Below, in pieces: positions 17,831-27,048 of a stretch of DNA of 32,000 nucleotides. The notes under the pieces are model-generated. The model saw only the letters and a list, made by a program, of their open reading frames with translations. It had not been told where the DNA came from and did no database searches. Origin of the DNA: Halomicrobium mukohataei DSM 12286 (GTDB taxonomy: Archaea; Halobacteriota; Halobacteria; Halobacteriales; Haloarculaceae); the NCBI RefSeq assembly GCF_000023965.1, contig NC_013202.1, forward strand, positions 1,200,001 through 1,232,000, read 5' to 3'. Each line of letters starts with the position of its first letter. The first letter of the stretch is position 1. The position numbers were made by a program, and so were the translations under genes.

Positions 17831-19084
17831 TTAGACGCCGGTCGAGTAGCGCAGGAGTCCGGCGACGCCGCCGAAGGCCGACAGGAGCTGTTCGCCCTTC
17901 TCGAAGTCCGTCGAGATGAACAGCGTCTCGGTGCCGCGCTGCTGGGCGATCTCCATGAGGTGGTCGATCGCGTCCTCGCGTTCGGCCTCCTCGGCGGGGA
18001 CGGTCTCGCTACACCGCGAGCAGTCGTGGTCGTCGATCGACGCCGACCGGTCGACCATCTCGTACTCGTCGTGGCCGTTCTCACAGGTGTAGGTGAGCAC
18101 GTCCTTCCGGAGGTCCTCGGAGATGAGCAGGCGGTCGACCGACCCCATGATGAGGTTCTCGCGGGTCGGCCCGAAGCCGTAGGTCGCCAGATCGCCGTCG
18201 TGGAGCTCCTTGAAGAACTCCTCCATGGCCTCCTTGTCCTGGAGGATCTCGTGTTCGGCCAGCACCTCGCTCGCGGCGTCGACGAGATCGTACAGTCCGG
18301 ACTCGTCGGTGTAGGCCACGTCGAACTTCCCGAGGACGTTGTCGCCGAGTTCGTGGTGGAGGTAGTCGCCGTCGAGGAACTCGTCTTTGGTCGGGGAGGG
18401 ACCGCCCACGAGGATGCCGTTCATCTCGTGGCGACGCGAGACGAACAGGTCGTTGGCCATCTCGGCGACCTCCTGATAGAAGTTGTCGATGGCCTCCAGG
18501 CGCAGCCGTGCGAACCGCTGTGCGGACTGACCACCTTTCCGCTGCTTGCCCGGGACCAGCGACGAGGCGGACTTGACGGGTTCGACGCGCTTGCCCTTGA
18601 GCCAGCCGACGTTTGCCTCGCGCCGGTCGAGGACGATCAGGCCGAACAGTCCCTTGTCGGCCAACATCTCGTCCAGTGGCTCGGTCAGGAAATCCGAATC
18701 ACAGTGGTAGCGAAACGACTCGATGGGGTCGGGCGGACTCTCTAGGACCTCCGTGACCATCTCGGTGCGTCCACCACTGGAGTCGACCGCACCGGAGAAC
18801 AGGACCATCCCGTTCTCGGGCGGTGCGTTCCCGTAGTAGCGAAGCCGGTCTTTGATGCTGGTCAGGGCGTCCTGGACGTTGGTCCGGGTCTGCTTTGACT
18901 TGATGTTGGACGCTTCGGAGTGTTCCTGTGTGACGTGGGCGACGACGTCGCTGATCTGCTTGTCCTCTGGTACGTAGATCGTCACCAGTTGCGTCCCGGA
19001 TCCGTCGTACCCCTTGAGCTTCTCGATGACTTTCTTGAACTCGTATTTTTGTTTGTCGGATTGCTCCTGCTCGGACTCGCTCAT
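17831..19084 (-). CDS. prf1: Peptide chain release factor aRF1
   Basis: 417 aa with the NIKS motif (EASNIKSKQTR) and GGQ motif (RKGGQSAQRFARLR). C-terminal Zn-knuckle region CENGHDEY...CSRC. Confidence 0.95.
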   Translation of the reverse strand: MSESEQEQSDKQKYEFKKVIEKLKGYDGSGTQLVTIYVPEDKQISDVVAHVTQEHSEASNIKSKQTRTNVQDALTSIKDRLRYYGNAPPENGMVLFSGAVDSSGGRTEMVTEVLESPPDPIESFRYHCDSDFLTEPLDEMLADKGLFGLIVLDRREANVGWLKGKRVEPVKSASSLVPGKQRKGGQSAQRFARLRLEAIDNFYQEVAEMANDLFVSRRHEMNGILVGGPSPTKDEFLDGDYLHHELGDNVLGKFDVAYTDESGLYDLVDAASEVLAEHEILQDKEAMEEFFKELHDGDLATYGFGPTRENLIMGSVDRLLISEDLRKDVLTYTCENGHDEYEMVDRSASIDDHDCSRCSETVPAEEAEREDAIDHLMEIAQQRGTETLFISTDFEKGEQLLSAFGGVAGLLRYSTGV

Positions 19085-19157
19085 TGGGTCAACGTTGGCT
19101 GAGCGCGGGTAAGTAACTGTTGACAGCGAGAGCCGTCGATCACGTGTGACGGGCGGC

Positions 19158-19164
19158 TTTATAT
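19158..19164 (+). promoter_or_regulatory. TATA box (TTTATAT) upstream of the minD-like gene
   Basis: About 35 nt upstream of the ATG at 19196, in the divergent prf1/minD spacer. Confidence 0.4.
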
Positions 19165-19195
19165 GATAGCCAACCTTGGGCTACGGTATCTAACT

Positions 19196-20005
19196 ATGGC
19201 GGGCTACGTGTGTACCATCGCGGGTGGCAAAGGCGGGGTCGGCAAGACCACGACGGCGGTCAACGTCGGAGCCGCCCTCCAGGAGGCGGGCCACGACGTC
19301 GTCGTGGTCGACGCGGACCTCGGGATGGCGAACCTCGGATCGATGCTCGGCATCGAGCATCGCGCTTCTCTCCACGAAATCCTCGCCGGGGACGCGGCGG
19401 TCAGTGACGCCCTGACCGACGCACCGGGCGGACTGACGATCATCCCCGGCGAGCAGTCCCTGGAGGCGTTCGCGGACGCCGATCCGGCGAAGCTGCGCAA
19501 GGTGATCAAGACGCTGCGCAACGCCTACGACGTGGTCCTGATCGACACCGGTGCGGGCCTGAGCCACGAGGTCGCCGTTCCGCTCGGCCTGGCCGACGGC
19601 ATCCTGCTCGTGACGACACCGGACGACGTGGCCGTCGGTGACACGGTGAAGACGGCCCAGCTGGCCGACCGCATCGACGGGGACGTGGTCGGCGTGGTCG
19701 TCAACCGCGTCACCAGACACACCGACATCGCCGAGATCTCCGAACGGCTCGGCTTCGAGTTGCTGGCGGTCATCCCCGACGATCAGGAGGCCACCGCCGT
19801 CGAGCCCCTCGTGCTCAACGCGCCCGACAGTCGCGCTGCGAGCGCGTTCGACCAGCTGTCCGAGTCGATGGCGGCGATGTTCTTCCGGGGCGAGCGGGCG
19901 GCCGACCTCGAGACCGTTCTCGAAGAGACGTGGTTCGTCGACGAGACCGACGACGACGAGGAAGAGGAAGACGAATCCGGCGGCGTCTTCGGTCTGTTCA
20001 GCTGA
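19196..20005 (+). CDS. minD: MinD/ParA-family P-loop ATPase (archaeal MinD-like) with acidic C-terminal tail
   Basis: ATG at 19196 (MAGYVCTIAGGKGGVGKTT, deviant Walker A), VVVVDADLGMANL, VLIDTGAG. Tail is DETDDDEEEEDESGGVFGLFS. The track ORF start at 19163 lies inside the TATA-like box. Confidence 0.85.
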   Translation: MAGYVCTIAGGKGGVGKTTTAVNVGAALQEAGHDVVVVDADLGMANLGSMLGIEHRASLHEILAGDAAVSDALTDAPGGLTIIPGEQSLEAFADADPAKLRKVIKTLRNAYDVVLIDTGAGLSHEVAVPLGLADGILLVTTPDDVAVGDTVKTAQLADRIDGDVVGVVVNRVTRHTDIAEISERLGFELLAVIPDDQEATAVEPLVLNAPDSRAASAFDQLSESMAAMFFRGERAADLETVLEETWFVDETDDDEEEEDESGGVFGLFS

Positions 20006-20023
20006 TTTTCCGGCCGCTCGCGC

Positions 20024-21799
20024 TCACATCGAACGGGGAGCCGCGATGCCGATGGCGTCTAACGCGTTCGCAATCGCGTGTCTGGCCGCATCGACGAGCG
20101 CGAGGCGCGCCCGCTTGGTGTCCGGATCGGCGTCCAGTACCGGACACTCTCGGTAGAAAGTGTTGAACTGCTCGGCGAGCGTGCGTGTGTAGGTCGCGAC
20201 GACGTGGGGGCGGTGTTCGTCGGCGGCCTGCTCGATCACGGCGGGGAACCGCGCGATCTCTCGCAGGAGGTCCCGTTCGGCGTCGGTCGCCAGCGGGGCC
20301 GCGTCGAGATCTGCGGCCGTCGATTCGGGCTCTCGCTCTTTGCCCTCCTCCACAGCGTGTTCCGCCTCGCTGCGGATGCCACAGCACCGCGCGTGGACGT
20401 ACTGGACGTACGGTGCCGACTGCGCCTCGAAGTCGAGCGCGCGGTCCCACTCGAAGGTGATCCCCTTCGTCGGCTGTTTGGAGACGATGTCGTACCGGAC
20501 CGCGCCGATGCCGACCTGGTGGGCGATCCGCTCGACGTCCGTCTCGTCGAGGTCGTCGTCGCGGCTGCGGGTGTCGATTCGGCTCTCGACTTCCTCGCGC
20601 GCACGGTCGATCGCTTCGTCCAGCAGGTCGTCGAGGTCGATCCCGGTTCCCTCGCGGGTACTCATGCCGCCCTCGGGGAGGTTCACCCACGAGTAGAACA
20701 CCTGGCTGAGCTGGTCGGTGTCGTGGCCGAGCAGGTCCAGCGTGGTGTCGAGCTGGTCGGCCTGGAGCTTGTGGTCTTCCCCGAGCACCGTCACGGCCCG
20801 GTCGTAGGTGTCGAACTTCCACTCGTGGTGGGCAAGGTCCCGCGTGGTGTACAGCGAGGTCCCGTCCGAGCGCAGGAAGACGAGGTTCTTCTCGAAGCCG
20901 GGCAGATCGAGCTGCCAGGCGTCTTCCTCGTACACCGCCTGGTCGAGGGCTTTGAGCCGGTCGACGAGGTCCTCGGTCGCGTCGTTGCGCATGAACCGCG
21001 TCTCTTTGACGAACTCGTCGAACTCGGCCGGGAGCCGACCGAGCGTCTCGCTCATCCCCCCCAGCACGGTGTCGACGACCTCGCCGACCCGTTCGTAGGC
21101 GTCTTCGTCGCCCGCTTCGAGGCCCTGCAGGATCGCTTGGATCTCGCTTTCGGCGTCCTCGACGCGGTCGGCGTCGGCCTCTTCGAGGAAGCTGTTGCCC
21201 TTCCGGTAGTACCGGACCATCTCGTACTCCGGCGAGTCCCGTTCGGGCTCCGGGAGGTCGTCCTCGTCGAAGGTCTCGTAGGCCCAGGTGAACACCGCCA
21301 TCTGGCGGCCGGCGTCGTTGACGTAGTAGTGGCGGTCCACGTCGTAGCCGGCGTAGTCGAGCACGCGAGCCAGCGCGTCGCCGATGATCGGATTGCGGGC
21401 CCGGCCCACGTGGACCGGCCCCGTCGGGTTCGCGGACGTGTGCTCGACCACGACGCTCGTGTCGCGATCCGGGAGCTGCCCGTAGTCCTCGGCCTGTGCG
21501 GCCGCCAGCGTCTCGCTGAAGTAGGCGTCGCTGGGCAGGAAGTTGACGTACGGGCCTCGCTGTTCGACGCTGTCGACGTACGTCAGGTCGCTGGGGTCGA
21601 TCGCTGCGGCGATGTCGGCGGCGACTGCCGGCGGTGGCGCACCGACCTCGCCCGCGAGCCGAAACGCCGTGCTGGACGCGAGCACGGCCGCCACGTCTTC
21701 GGGCGGTTCCTCGATACCGAGGTCCTCACTGGGGAGATCGAGCGCCTCCAGCGCGGCTTCGAGCGCCGTCTCGACCTCCGAGCGGGTCTGGCGGAACAT
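20024..21799 (-). CDS. argS: Arginine--tRNA ligase
   Basis: 591 aa: [20 protein letters not shown] (HIGH-region variant), [21 protein letters not shown]-terminal DALR anticodon-binding-like region. Confidence 0.95.
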   Translation of the reverse strand: MFRQTRSEVETALEAALEALDLPSEDLGIEEPPEDVAAVLASSTAFRLAGEVGAPPPAVAADIAAAIDPSDLTYVDSVEQRGPYVNFLPSDAYFSETLAAAQAEDYGQLPDRDTSVVVEHTSANPTGPVHVGRARNPIIGDALARVLDYAGYDVDRHYYVNDAGRQMAVFTWAYETFDEDDLPEPERDSPEYEMVRYYRKGNSFLEEADADRVEDAESEIQAILQGLEAGDEDAYERVGEVVDTVLGGMSETLGRLPAEFDEFVKETRFMRNDATEDLVDRLKALDQAVYEEDAWQLDLPGFEKNLVFLRSDGTSLYTTRDLAHHEWKFDTYDRAVTVLGEDHKLQADQLDTTLDLLGHDTDQLSQVFYSWVNLPEGGMSTREGTGIDLDDLLDEAIDRAREEVESRIDTRSRDDDLDETDVERIAHQVGIGAVRYDIVSKQPTKGITFEWDRALDFEAQSAPYVQYVHARCCGIRSEAEHAVEEGKEREPESTAADLDAAPLATDAERDLLREIARFPAVIEQAADEHRPHVVATYTRTLAEQFNTFYRECPVLDADPDTKRARLALVDAARHAIANALDAIGIAAPRSM

Positions 21800-21884
21800 A
21801 CCGGGCCTTTCCCAGCGGTCCGTTTAGCATTGACGAAGTGTCCCGATCGCCGGGCCGAGCGAACTCGACCCGCCGACGGGCGGG

Positions 21885-23648
21885 CTACCCGAGCAGCTGC
21901 GGGACCGCGATGATGAAGACGAAACTCCCGATCATCGTCAGCGAGACGCCGTAGGTGATCGCTTTCACGAGCCCTTCACGACGCTCGATCGGGAGGCGAG
22001 CGGCGATCGACTCCGAACACACGCGCAGGATGTGGCCGCCGTCGAGGGGGTAGGTCGGGACGAGGTTGAACTGGCCGACGACGAGGTTGAGCCACCCGGT
22101 CCAGAACAGGAGGTTCGCGACGACGAAGGCCCCGTCGGTCCCCAGTGCGCTCAGCGGCCCCGAGACCGTGTAGAAGTTCGCGGCGATCCCGGTGAAGCCG
22201 GGGAAGTTGTAGCTGAGTCCCTCGACGATCGACGCGAAGGGCAGCGCCAGCGCCAGTCCGATCCGCTGGAGGAACGGGGTCGACTCGAAGGGCTGCTGGC
22301 CGGGCACGTCACCGCCCAGCATCGCGAGGAACCGCTCGGCCGGGTACGTCTCGATGCCGAAGTCGCCCACCGAGATCCCGCTGGTCCCGCGTGCGACGTA
22401 GTCGACGCCGATCCCCGGATCGCTCTGGCTCGCTTCCGCGAGCGTGATCTCGTAGGTCTCACGCTGACCGTCGACGTAGCCCGCGAGCCGGATCGTCTCG
22501 CCGGGTTCGCGCTCGCCGATAGCACTCACCAGATCGGCTGCCGTCGCGGTCCGCTGGCCGTCGACGGCCGTCACGACGAACGACTCGCCTGCGGGTGCGC
22601 CCTCGGCTTCGAGCGGGCCGTCTTCGGCGACGACGGTGTAGCCGCCGATCGCCGTCTCGACGGTTTCACCGTTGTCCAGCGTGAGCCGTGCGATCGGTTT
22701 GTCTTCGACGGCGTCGTTGAACGCGGTCGTCGTGTTCACCGCGGTCCCGTTGACCGCGACGATGGTGCGGTTGGTCCGGACCGGTGCGCCGGACACCGCT
22801 CCGACGACGACCACCGCGCGGTCGACGGTCGTGACCGTTCCGTTCTGGAGCGTGACCTCGACCGTGCCACCGGCCTCGTCGAGGCGCTGTTGCATCTCCG
22901 TGGCGTTTGCGACCGACTGACCGTCGATTCCGGTGATGACAGACCCGCTCTCGATGCCGGCCTGGTCCGCCGGCACGCCGGGGAGCGTCCCGCCGACGTG
23001 GACGCCGTCGACGACGCCGAAGCCGGCGATCACCGGCCCGAACAGGAGCGCCAGACAGAGCAGGCTCACCGCGAAGTTGTTCGTCACGCCCGCGACGTAC
23101 ATCCGTATCTGCTTGCCTCGGTCCGAGAGGCTGACGCCCTCTTCGTTCGGTTCGACGAACGCGCCCAGCGGCACGATCGTGAGGAGCGCCAGCCCCATCG
23201 ACTCGATCTCGATGTCGCCGACCCGACACAGCAGCGCGTGCCCGCCCTCGTGGACGACCAGCGCCACCACGAGACCGGCGACGATCTCGCCGGCCACCGA
23301 CAGCGGGAGGAAGTCGTTGACGCCCGGAATGACGAGGACGTTTCGCGGTTCGGTGACGGCACTCGGTGCGGGGTCTCGCACTGCGAGGACGGCGGCCAAC
23401 ACGACGTAGAAGAACGAACCGACCATGACGACCAGTCCGACGCCGACGCCGACGTTGCCCCACGCTCGCCACGCCCGTTTCGGCGTCGCGAGCCAGTCGA
23501 CGAACTGCCGGCCACGCTTCGTGTGGAGGGTCGTGATCGGGCCCGAGAGGTGGACGTACTCCGGGAGCACCCCCCAGGTTCGCAGGAGCATCCCGAGAAT
23601 AGAGTAGGCGACCACTCCGACGAGGACCCACGTGAACGTACTGACCAT
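21885..23648 (-). CDS. Site-2 protease family (M50) membrane metalloprotease with PDZ-like domains
   Basis: HEGGHALLCR (HExxH), NLVPTYPLDGGH (LDG motif), and an internal soluble region with PDZ-like repeats (GIESGSVITGIDGQSV). ATG at 23646-23648 (MVSTFTW) is preferred over the GTG at 23669. Confidence 0.85.
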   Translation of the reverse strand: MVSTFTWVLVGVVAYSILGMLLRTWGVLPEYVHLSGPITTLHTKRGRQFVDWLATPKRAWRAWGNVGVGVGLVVMVGSFFYVVLAAVLAVRDPAPSAVTEPRNVLVIPGVNDFLPLSVAGEIVAGLVVALVVHEGGHALLCRVGDIEIESMGLALLTIVPLGAFVEPNEEGVSLSDRGKQIRMYVAGVTNNFAVSLLCLALLFGPVIAGFGVVDGVHVGGTLPGVPADQAGIESGSVITGIDGQSVANATEMQQRLDEAGGTVEVTLQNGTVTTVDRAVVVVGAVSGAPVRTNRTIVAVNGTAVNTTTAFNDAVEDKPIARLTLDNGETVETAIGGYTVVAEDGPLEAEGAPAGESFVVTAVDGQRTATAADLVSAIGEREPGETIRLAGYVDGQRETYEITLAEASQSDPGIGVDYVARGTSGISVGDFGIETYPAERFLAMLGGDVPGQQPFESTPFLQRIGLALALPFASIVEGLSYNFPGFTGIAANFYTVSGPLSALGTDGAFVVANLLFWTGWLNLVVGQFNLVPTYPLDGGHILRVCSESIAARLPIERREGLVKAITYGVSLTMIGSFVFIIAVPQLLG

Positions 23649-23688
23649 TCGAGCGGATACAGGAACCACCCGGCAAAGAGCGTTTGGT

Positions 23689-25491
23689 CTACCGATTCCG
23701 ACGGAACCGCTCGACGACGAACTCCCGATCGAGCTTCGCGACGAAGGGACCGAGCTGTGGCCCCTCAGTTTCGTCGAAGAGGAGCCGGTAGCCGGCGCTG
23801 AAGAAGTCGCCGATAGGCACGTCGTGGCGCTTTGCGGTCTCGTAGATCTCGCCCTGGATCGTCTCGCCGTCGTGGCCCTCGGCGACGAAGTCTGCCAGCT
23901 CGTCCAGTGCGGCCTCGGTGGCCTCGTCGAAGTCGGCCTCGGGCAGTGTGGCGCGTTCGAGTTCGTAGTTGAACTCGTTGTCCGTCCGGCGGGCCCACTC
24001 GCTGGCCAGATCGACCCGCTCCATCGCCGTCTCGACGGCCCACTCGGGGGTGTCGTCGGCGAGATGGCCCTCCTTGCGGGCCACGTCCGTTCGCAATTCG
24101 GGATCGTCGAACATCCCGAGCACCGCGGCGAAGGTGTAGGGGATGCGGACCCGATCGGCGTACGTGTCTTCGAGGAGTTCGTCGACGGTCTCGCGGGCCG
24201 TCCGGTCGTTTGCGACCGACCGCCACGATCCCTCGCCGAACTCGTCGTCGAAGCGGTCGGCGACCGTCGGCCTGACCGACGGGGGATAGGCCCGCTCGCC
24301 GAGCGCTTCCTCGCGCTCGGTCCCGCTCTCTTCCCCGAAGTAGAGCCGTTCGGTTCGGTCGAAGTCGTCGACCAGCTGGTCGAGGCGCTCGATGCTGAAG
24401 TCCCGTGCCTTGCTGGGATCTTTCGAGAAGAAGTAGCGGACGACCGCCGGCTCCAGCAGCTCCAGTACGTCGTGGACCATCACCACGTGGCCCTCGGAGG
24501 AGGAGAACGGCTCGCCGTCGAGCGTGAACCACTCGTAGACCATCGGGACGGGGGGATCGATCTCGAAGACGTTCTCCGCGATGTCGACGCCGGAGGGCCA
24601 GGACCCCTCGGCGTGGTCCTTCCCGAACGGCTCGAAGTCGACGCCCAGCACGTCCCAGCCCGCCGGCCACTCGAAGCGCCAGGGCAGTTTCCCCTCGCGT
24701 AGCGTCGCGGTCCCCTCGTGCCCACACCCATCGATGACCTGATCGCCCGCCTCCATGTCCGTACAGCGGTACTCGACGGTGCCGGCGTCCGTATCGACGG
24801 CCGTGACGGTCTCGGTGACCTTGCCACACTCGCCACAGATCGGATTGAACGGCACGTAGTCCGCGTCGACCTTGTCCTGGTACTCGCCGAGCACGTCCCG
24901 CGCCCGGTCCTGATTGTCGAGGACGTGGCGGGTCAGTTCCTCGAAGGAACCGTCTTCGTAGAGCTCCGTCGTCGAGACGATCTCGATGTCGACGCCGAGC
25001 AGCTCCGCACAGTCGGCGATCAGGTTCGAGAAGTGCTCCCCGTAGGAGTCACAGCAGCCGAAGGGGTCCGGTACGTCCGTGTAGGGACGCCCGAGGTTCT
25101 GTCCGAGCGCACCGGCGTTGACCGCGCCGAGATCGACGATGTTGCCGTCGAGGTCCGCGAGCTTACGGGGGAGCTTCCGGAGCGGGTCCCGGTCGTCGGT
25201 GGTGAACACCTGCTGGACCTCGTACCCGCGCTCTCGCAGGGATTCGGCGACGAAGTAGCCCCGCATGATCTCGTTGACGTTGCCCAGGTGGGGCACGCCG
25301 GAGGGCGAGATCGCGCCCTTGATGACGACTGGCTCGGAGGGCTCTCGGGCCTCGATCTCGTCGGCGACGGCGTCCGCCCAGAACACCGCCCGGTCGTCGG
25401 GGCCCCCTTCGCCGTCGTGATCGCCCAGCGCGTAGGGGTCTCTGGGTGTCGTCTGCTGTGTGCTGTCGTCCCCCGGATCGCTCTCGCTCAT
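23689..25491 (-). CDS. lysS: Lysine--tRNA ligase, class I
   Basis: ATG at 25489-25491 (MSESDPGDD) within track ORF 23689..26259. Blocks: SPSGVPHLGNVNE (HIGH-like), Zn-binding insertion CGECGK...CTD..., FSSSEGH (KMSKS-region variant). Typical archaeal class I LysRS layout. Confidence 0.9.
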   Translation of the reverse strand: MSESDPGDDSTQQTTPRDPYALGDHDGEGGPDDRAVFWADAVADEIEAREPSEPVVIKGAISPSGVPHLGNVNEIMRGYFVAESLRERGYEVQQVFTTDDRDPLRKLPRKLADLDGNIVDLGAVNAGALGQNLGRPYTDVPDPFGCCDSYGEHFSNLIADCAELLGVDIEIVSTTELYEDGSFEELTRHVLDNQDRARDVLGEYQDKVDADYVPFNPICGECGKVTETVTAVDTDAGTVEYRCTDMEAGDQVIDGCGHEGTATLREGKLPWRFEWPAGWDVLGVDFEPFGKDHAEGSWPSGVDIAENVFEIDPPVPMVYEWFTLDGEPFSSSEGHVVMVHDVLELLEPAVVRYFFSKDPSKARDFSIERLDQLVDDFDRTERLYFGEESGTEREEALGERAYPPSVRPTVADRFDDEFGEGSWRSVANDRTARETVDELLEDTYADRVRIPYTFAAVLGMFDDPELRTDVARKEGHLADDTPEWAVETAMERVDLASEWARRTDNEFNYELERATLPEADFDEATEAALDELADFVAEGHDGETIQGEIYETAKRHDVPIGDFFSAGYRLLFDETEGPQLGPFVAKLDREFVVERFRRNR

Positions 25492-26207
25492 GCTCGATCC
25501 CACGCCGTCGGAGCGGCACCGAGATTCTCGGGCACTACGTCGGTGCCGTCGTGTTCGCCCGTCTCGACGGCGCGTCGAACCGCCGTCGGGTCGGTGCCGT
25601 CGAGGACGATCGACCGGAGCCCGGCCCGCTCGATGATCTTCGCCGCCAGCAGGTCGACCGGCGCGTTGCTCCCGGCGTTCATCTCGATGCCGGCGATCAG
25701 GTCGACGAGTTCGCCGGCAGCGATCTCCTCGTAGCGCTCGGCGTCGTCGTCCTCGTTGGGGTCGGCACTGAACACGCCCGGAACGCTGGTCGCGTACACG
25801 AGCAGATCCGCGCCGACGTGTTCCGCGAGTGCGGCGCTGACGGCGTCGGTGGTCTGGCCGGCGACGGTCCCACCCATGACGGGAACGTCGCCCCGTCTGA
25901 GAGCCGCCCGTCCCTCGTCGTAGCTCTCGACCGGTGCCGGCGCGGCCGCCTCGCCCAGCGCGGCGATCAGGAGCCGGCTGTTGAGCCGCGTGACGGCGAT
26001 CCCGAGCTGGTCGAGCTCGATCTCGTTGGCCCCGAGGTCCCGTGCCGTCGTGATGTACTCCCGCGCCGTGGGGCCGCCACCGACGACGATCCCGATCTCG
26101 TGTCCCGCTTCGTCGAGTGTCTCGATGACGCGAGCGTACTCGCCGATCCGATCCGGTTCCAGATTGGGGGCGAGGACGCTCCCGCCGACGGAGACAACTA
26201 CTTTCAT
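25488..26207 (-). CDS. pyrH: Uridylate (UMP) kinase, archaeal type
   Basis: MKVVVSVGGSVL, IVVGGGPTAREY, TTDAVSAALAE, VPGVFSADP. The stop overlaps the lysS start (ATGA). Confidence 0.9.
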   Translation of the reverse strand: MKVVVSVGGSVLAPNLEPDRIGEYARVIETLDEAGHEIGIVVGGGPTAREYITTARDLGANEIELDQLGIAVTRLNSRLLIAALGEAAAPAPVESYDEGRAALRRGDVPVMGGTVAGQTTDAVSAALAEHVGADLLVYATSVPGVFSADPNEDDDAERYEEIAAGELVDLIAGIEMNAGSNAPVDLLAAKIIERAGLRSIVLDGTDPTAVRRAVETGEHDGTDVVPENLGAAPTAWDRA

Positions 26208-26312
26208 TGTGCCTGCGTAACCCCGATGCAGGCTTAAGGGTTGTCAAGACGCCTGACACCGTCGGCGTCCATCTGTGAACGATTTCGCTACTCCAGTAGG
26301 GCGAACCTCTTC

Positions 26313-26392
26313 ATACTGCCGGCTGTACGTCTGTACAGAATTTCGCGACCCCGTAGTCGCGAATATCTTGAAACAGTTACGGCCGGCAGTAT
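26313..26392. other. 80-nt structured element closed by a 15-bp stem in an AT-rich spacer (candidate ncRNA or MITE-like palindrome)
   Basis: ATACTGCCGGC (26313-26323) is the perfect reverse complement of GCCGGCAGTAT (26382-26392) and extends 4 more pairs. The interior holds hairpin TTCGCGAC-CCCGTA-GTCGCGAA (26342-26363) and the palindrome CTGTACAG. Confidence 0.5.
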
Positions 26393-26643
26393 CACGAAGT
26401 TCCAGCCAGCGGTCAGACGCGTGTCAGACACGCTCCCGAAATGCGGCAAGAAGCTCTTATTTTTGAGCGGGAACGACTGGCTGAACGCATATTGTTTCAT
26501 TTTCTATGTCTTGGATATTATATTGGGCGAAACGCGCTCAGAACCGTCCGTAAAATGTCTCGAAGGATCTGGGGCGCTCGTAAAAGGTCTGTTTTTCGGC
26601 GCTTCACGCTGAAAGTGGTCGAATCGTCCCGAAGCTTCCCGCC

Positions 26644-26651
26644 TTTATATA
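26644..26651 (+). promoter_or_regulatory. TATA box (TTTATATA) upstream of the small wHTH-like gene
   Basis: Consensus-like haloarchaeal TATA about 40 nt upstream of the ATG at 26688. Confidence 0.45.
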
Positions 26652-26687
26652 CTCCTACGGGGGGTACAACCGAGTGAGGTTACAAAG

Positions 26688-26933
26688 ATGAGCACAACTG
26701 TGCAGCCCTCCACGGACGAGCCGAGCAAGGAAGAGCGTCTGGCTGCCTTCCTCAAAGAGAAGGCCAACAACGGTGAACTCTACTTCAAGAGCAAGTTCAT
26801 CGCAGACGAAGTCGGTCTCTCGCCCAAAGAGATCGGCGCGCTCATGGTCAAGCTGAAGGAGTCGGCGTCCGAGATCGAGGTCGAGAAGTGGTCGTACACG
26901 AGCGCGACGACGTGGCGAGTCGAGCCCGCCTAG
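26688..26933 (+). CDS. Small conserved haloarchaeal protein, probable winged-helix fold (unknown function)
   Basis: 81 aa, acidic: ERLAAFLKEKANNGELYFKSKFIADEVGLSPKEIGALMVKLKE. A strong TTTATATA box lies about 40 nt upstream. Codon usage looks gene-like. Confidence 0.7.
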   Translation: MSTTVQPSTDEPSKEERLAAFLKEKANNGELYFKSKFIADEVGLSPKEIGALMVKLKESASEIEVEKWSYTSATTWRVEPA

Positions 26934-27048
26934 TCGGTCTCTCGGTTCCCGCAACTCGCAGGACGCTCCGAGTGCGTTCTTCTGCTCGTTCCCGACGGCG
27001 TGGTCCCCGTCCGGGGTTTTATGCTCGCGCGACGGCTAGTAGCGCGTG

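Noticed and set aside
23689-26259. N-terminal extensions of track ORFs (23689..26259, 28305..29648, 15613..17085, 15011..16306, 914..3268, 31433..31960, 7..879)
   Set aside because: The extensions are Arg-rich and basic, overlap neighbouring real genes, and sit upstream of internal ATGs that give canonical N-termini of LysRS, ThiL, AtpD, Blh, the wHTH protein, the PDCD5-like protein and EtfB.
26241-26677. ORFs inside the AT-rich pyrH-upstream spacer (26241..26612, 26275..26466, 26288..26500, 26441..26677)
   Set aside because: The translations are basic, Cys/Phe/Arg-rich and AT-biased, unlike the acidic proteome of this organism. They overlap one another in several frames.
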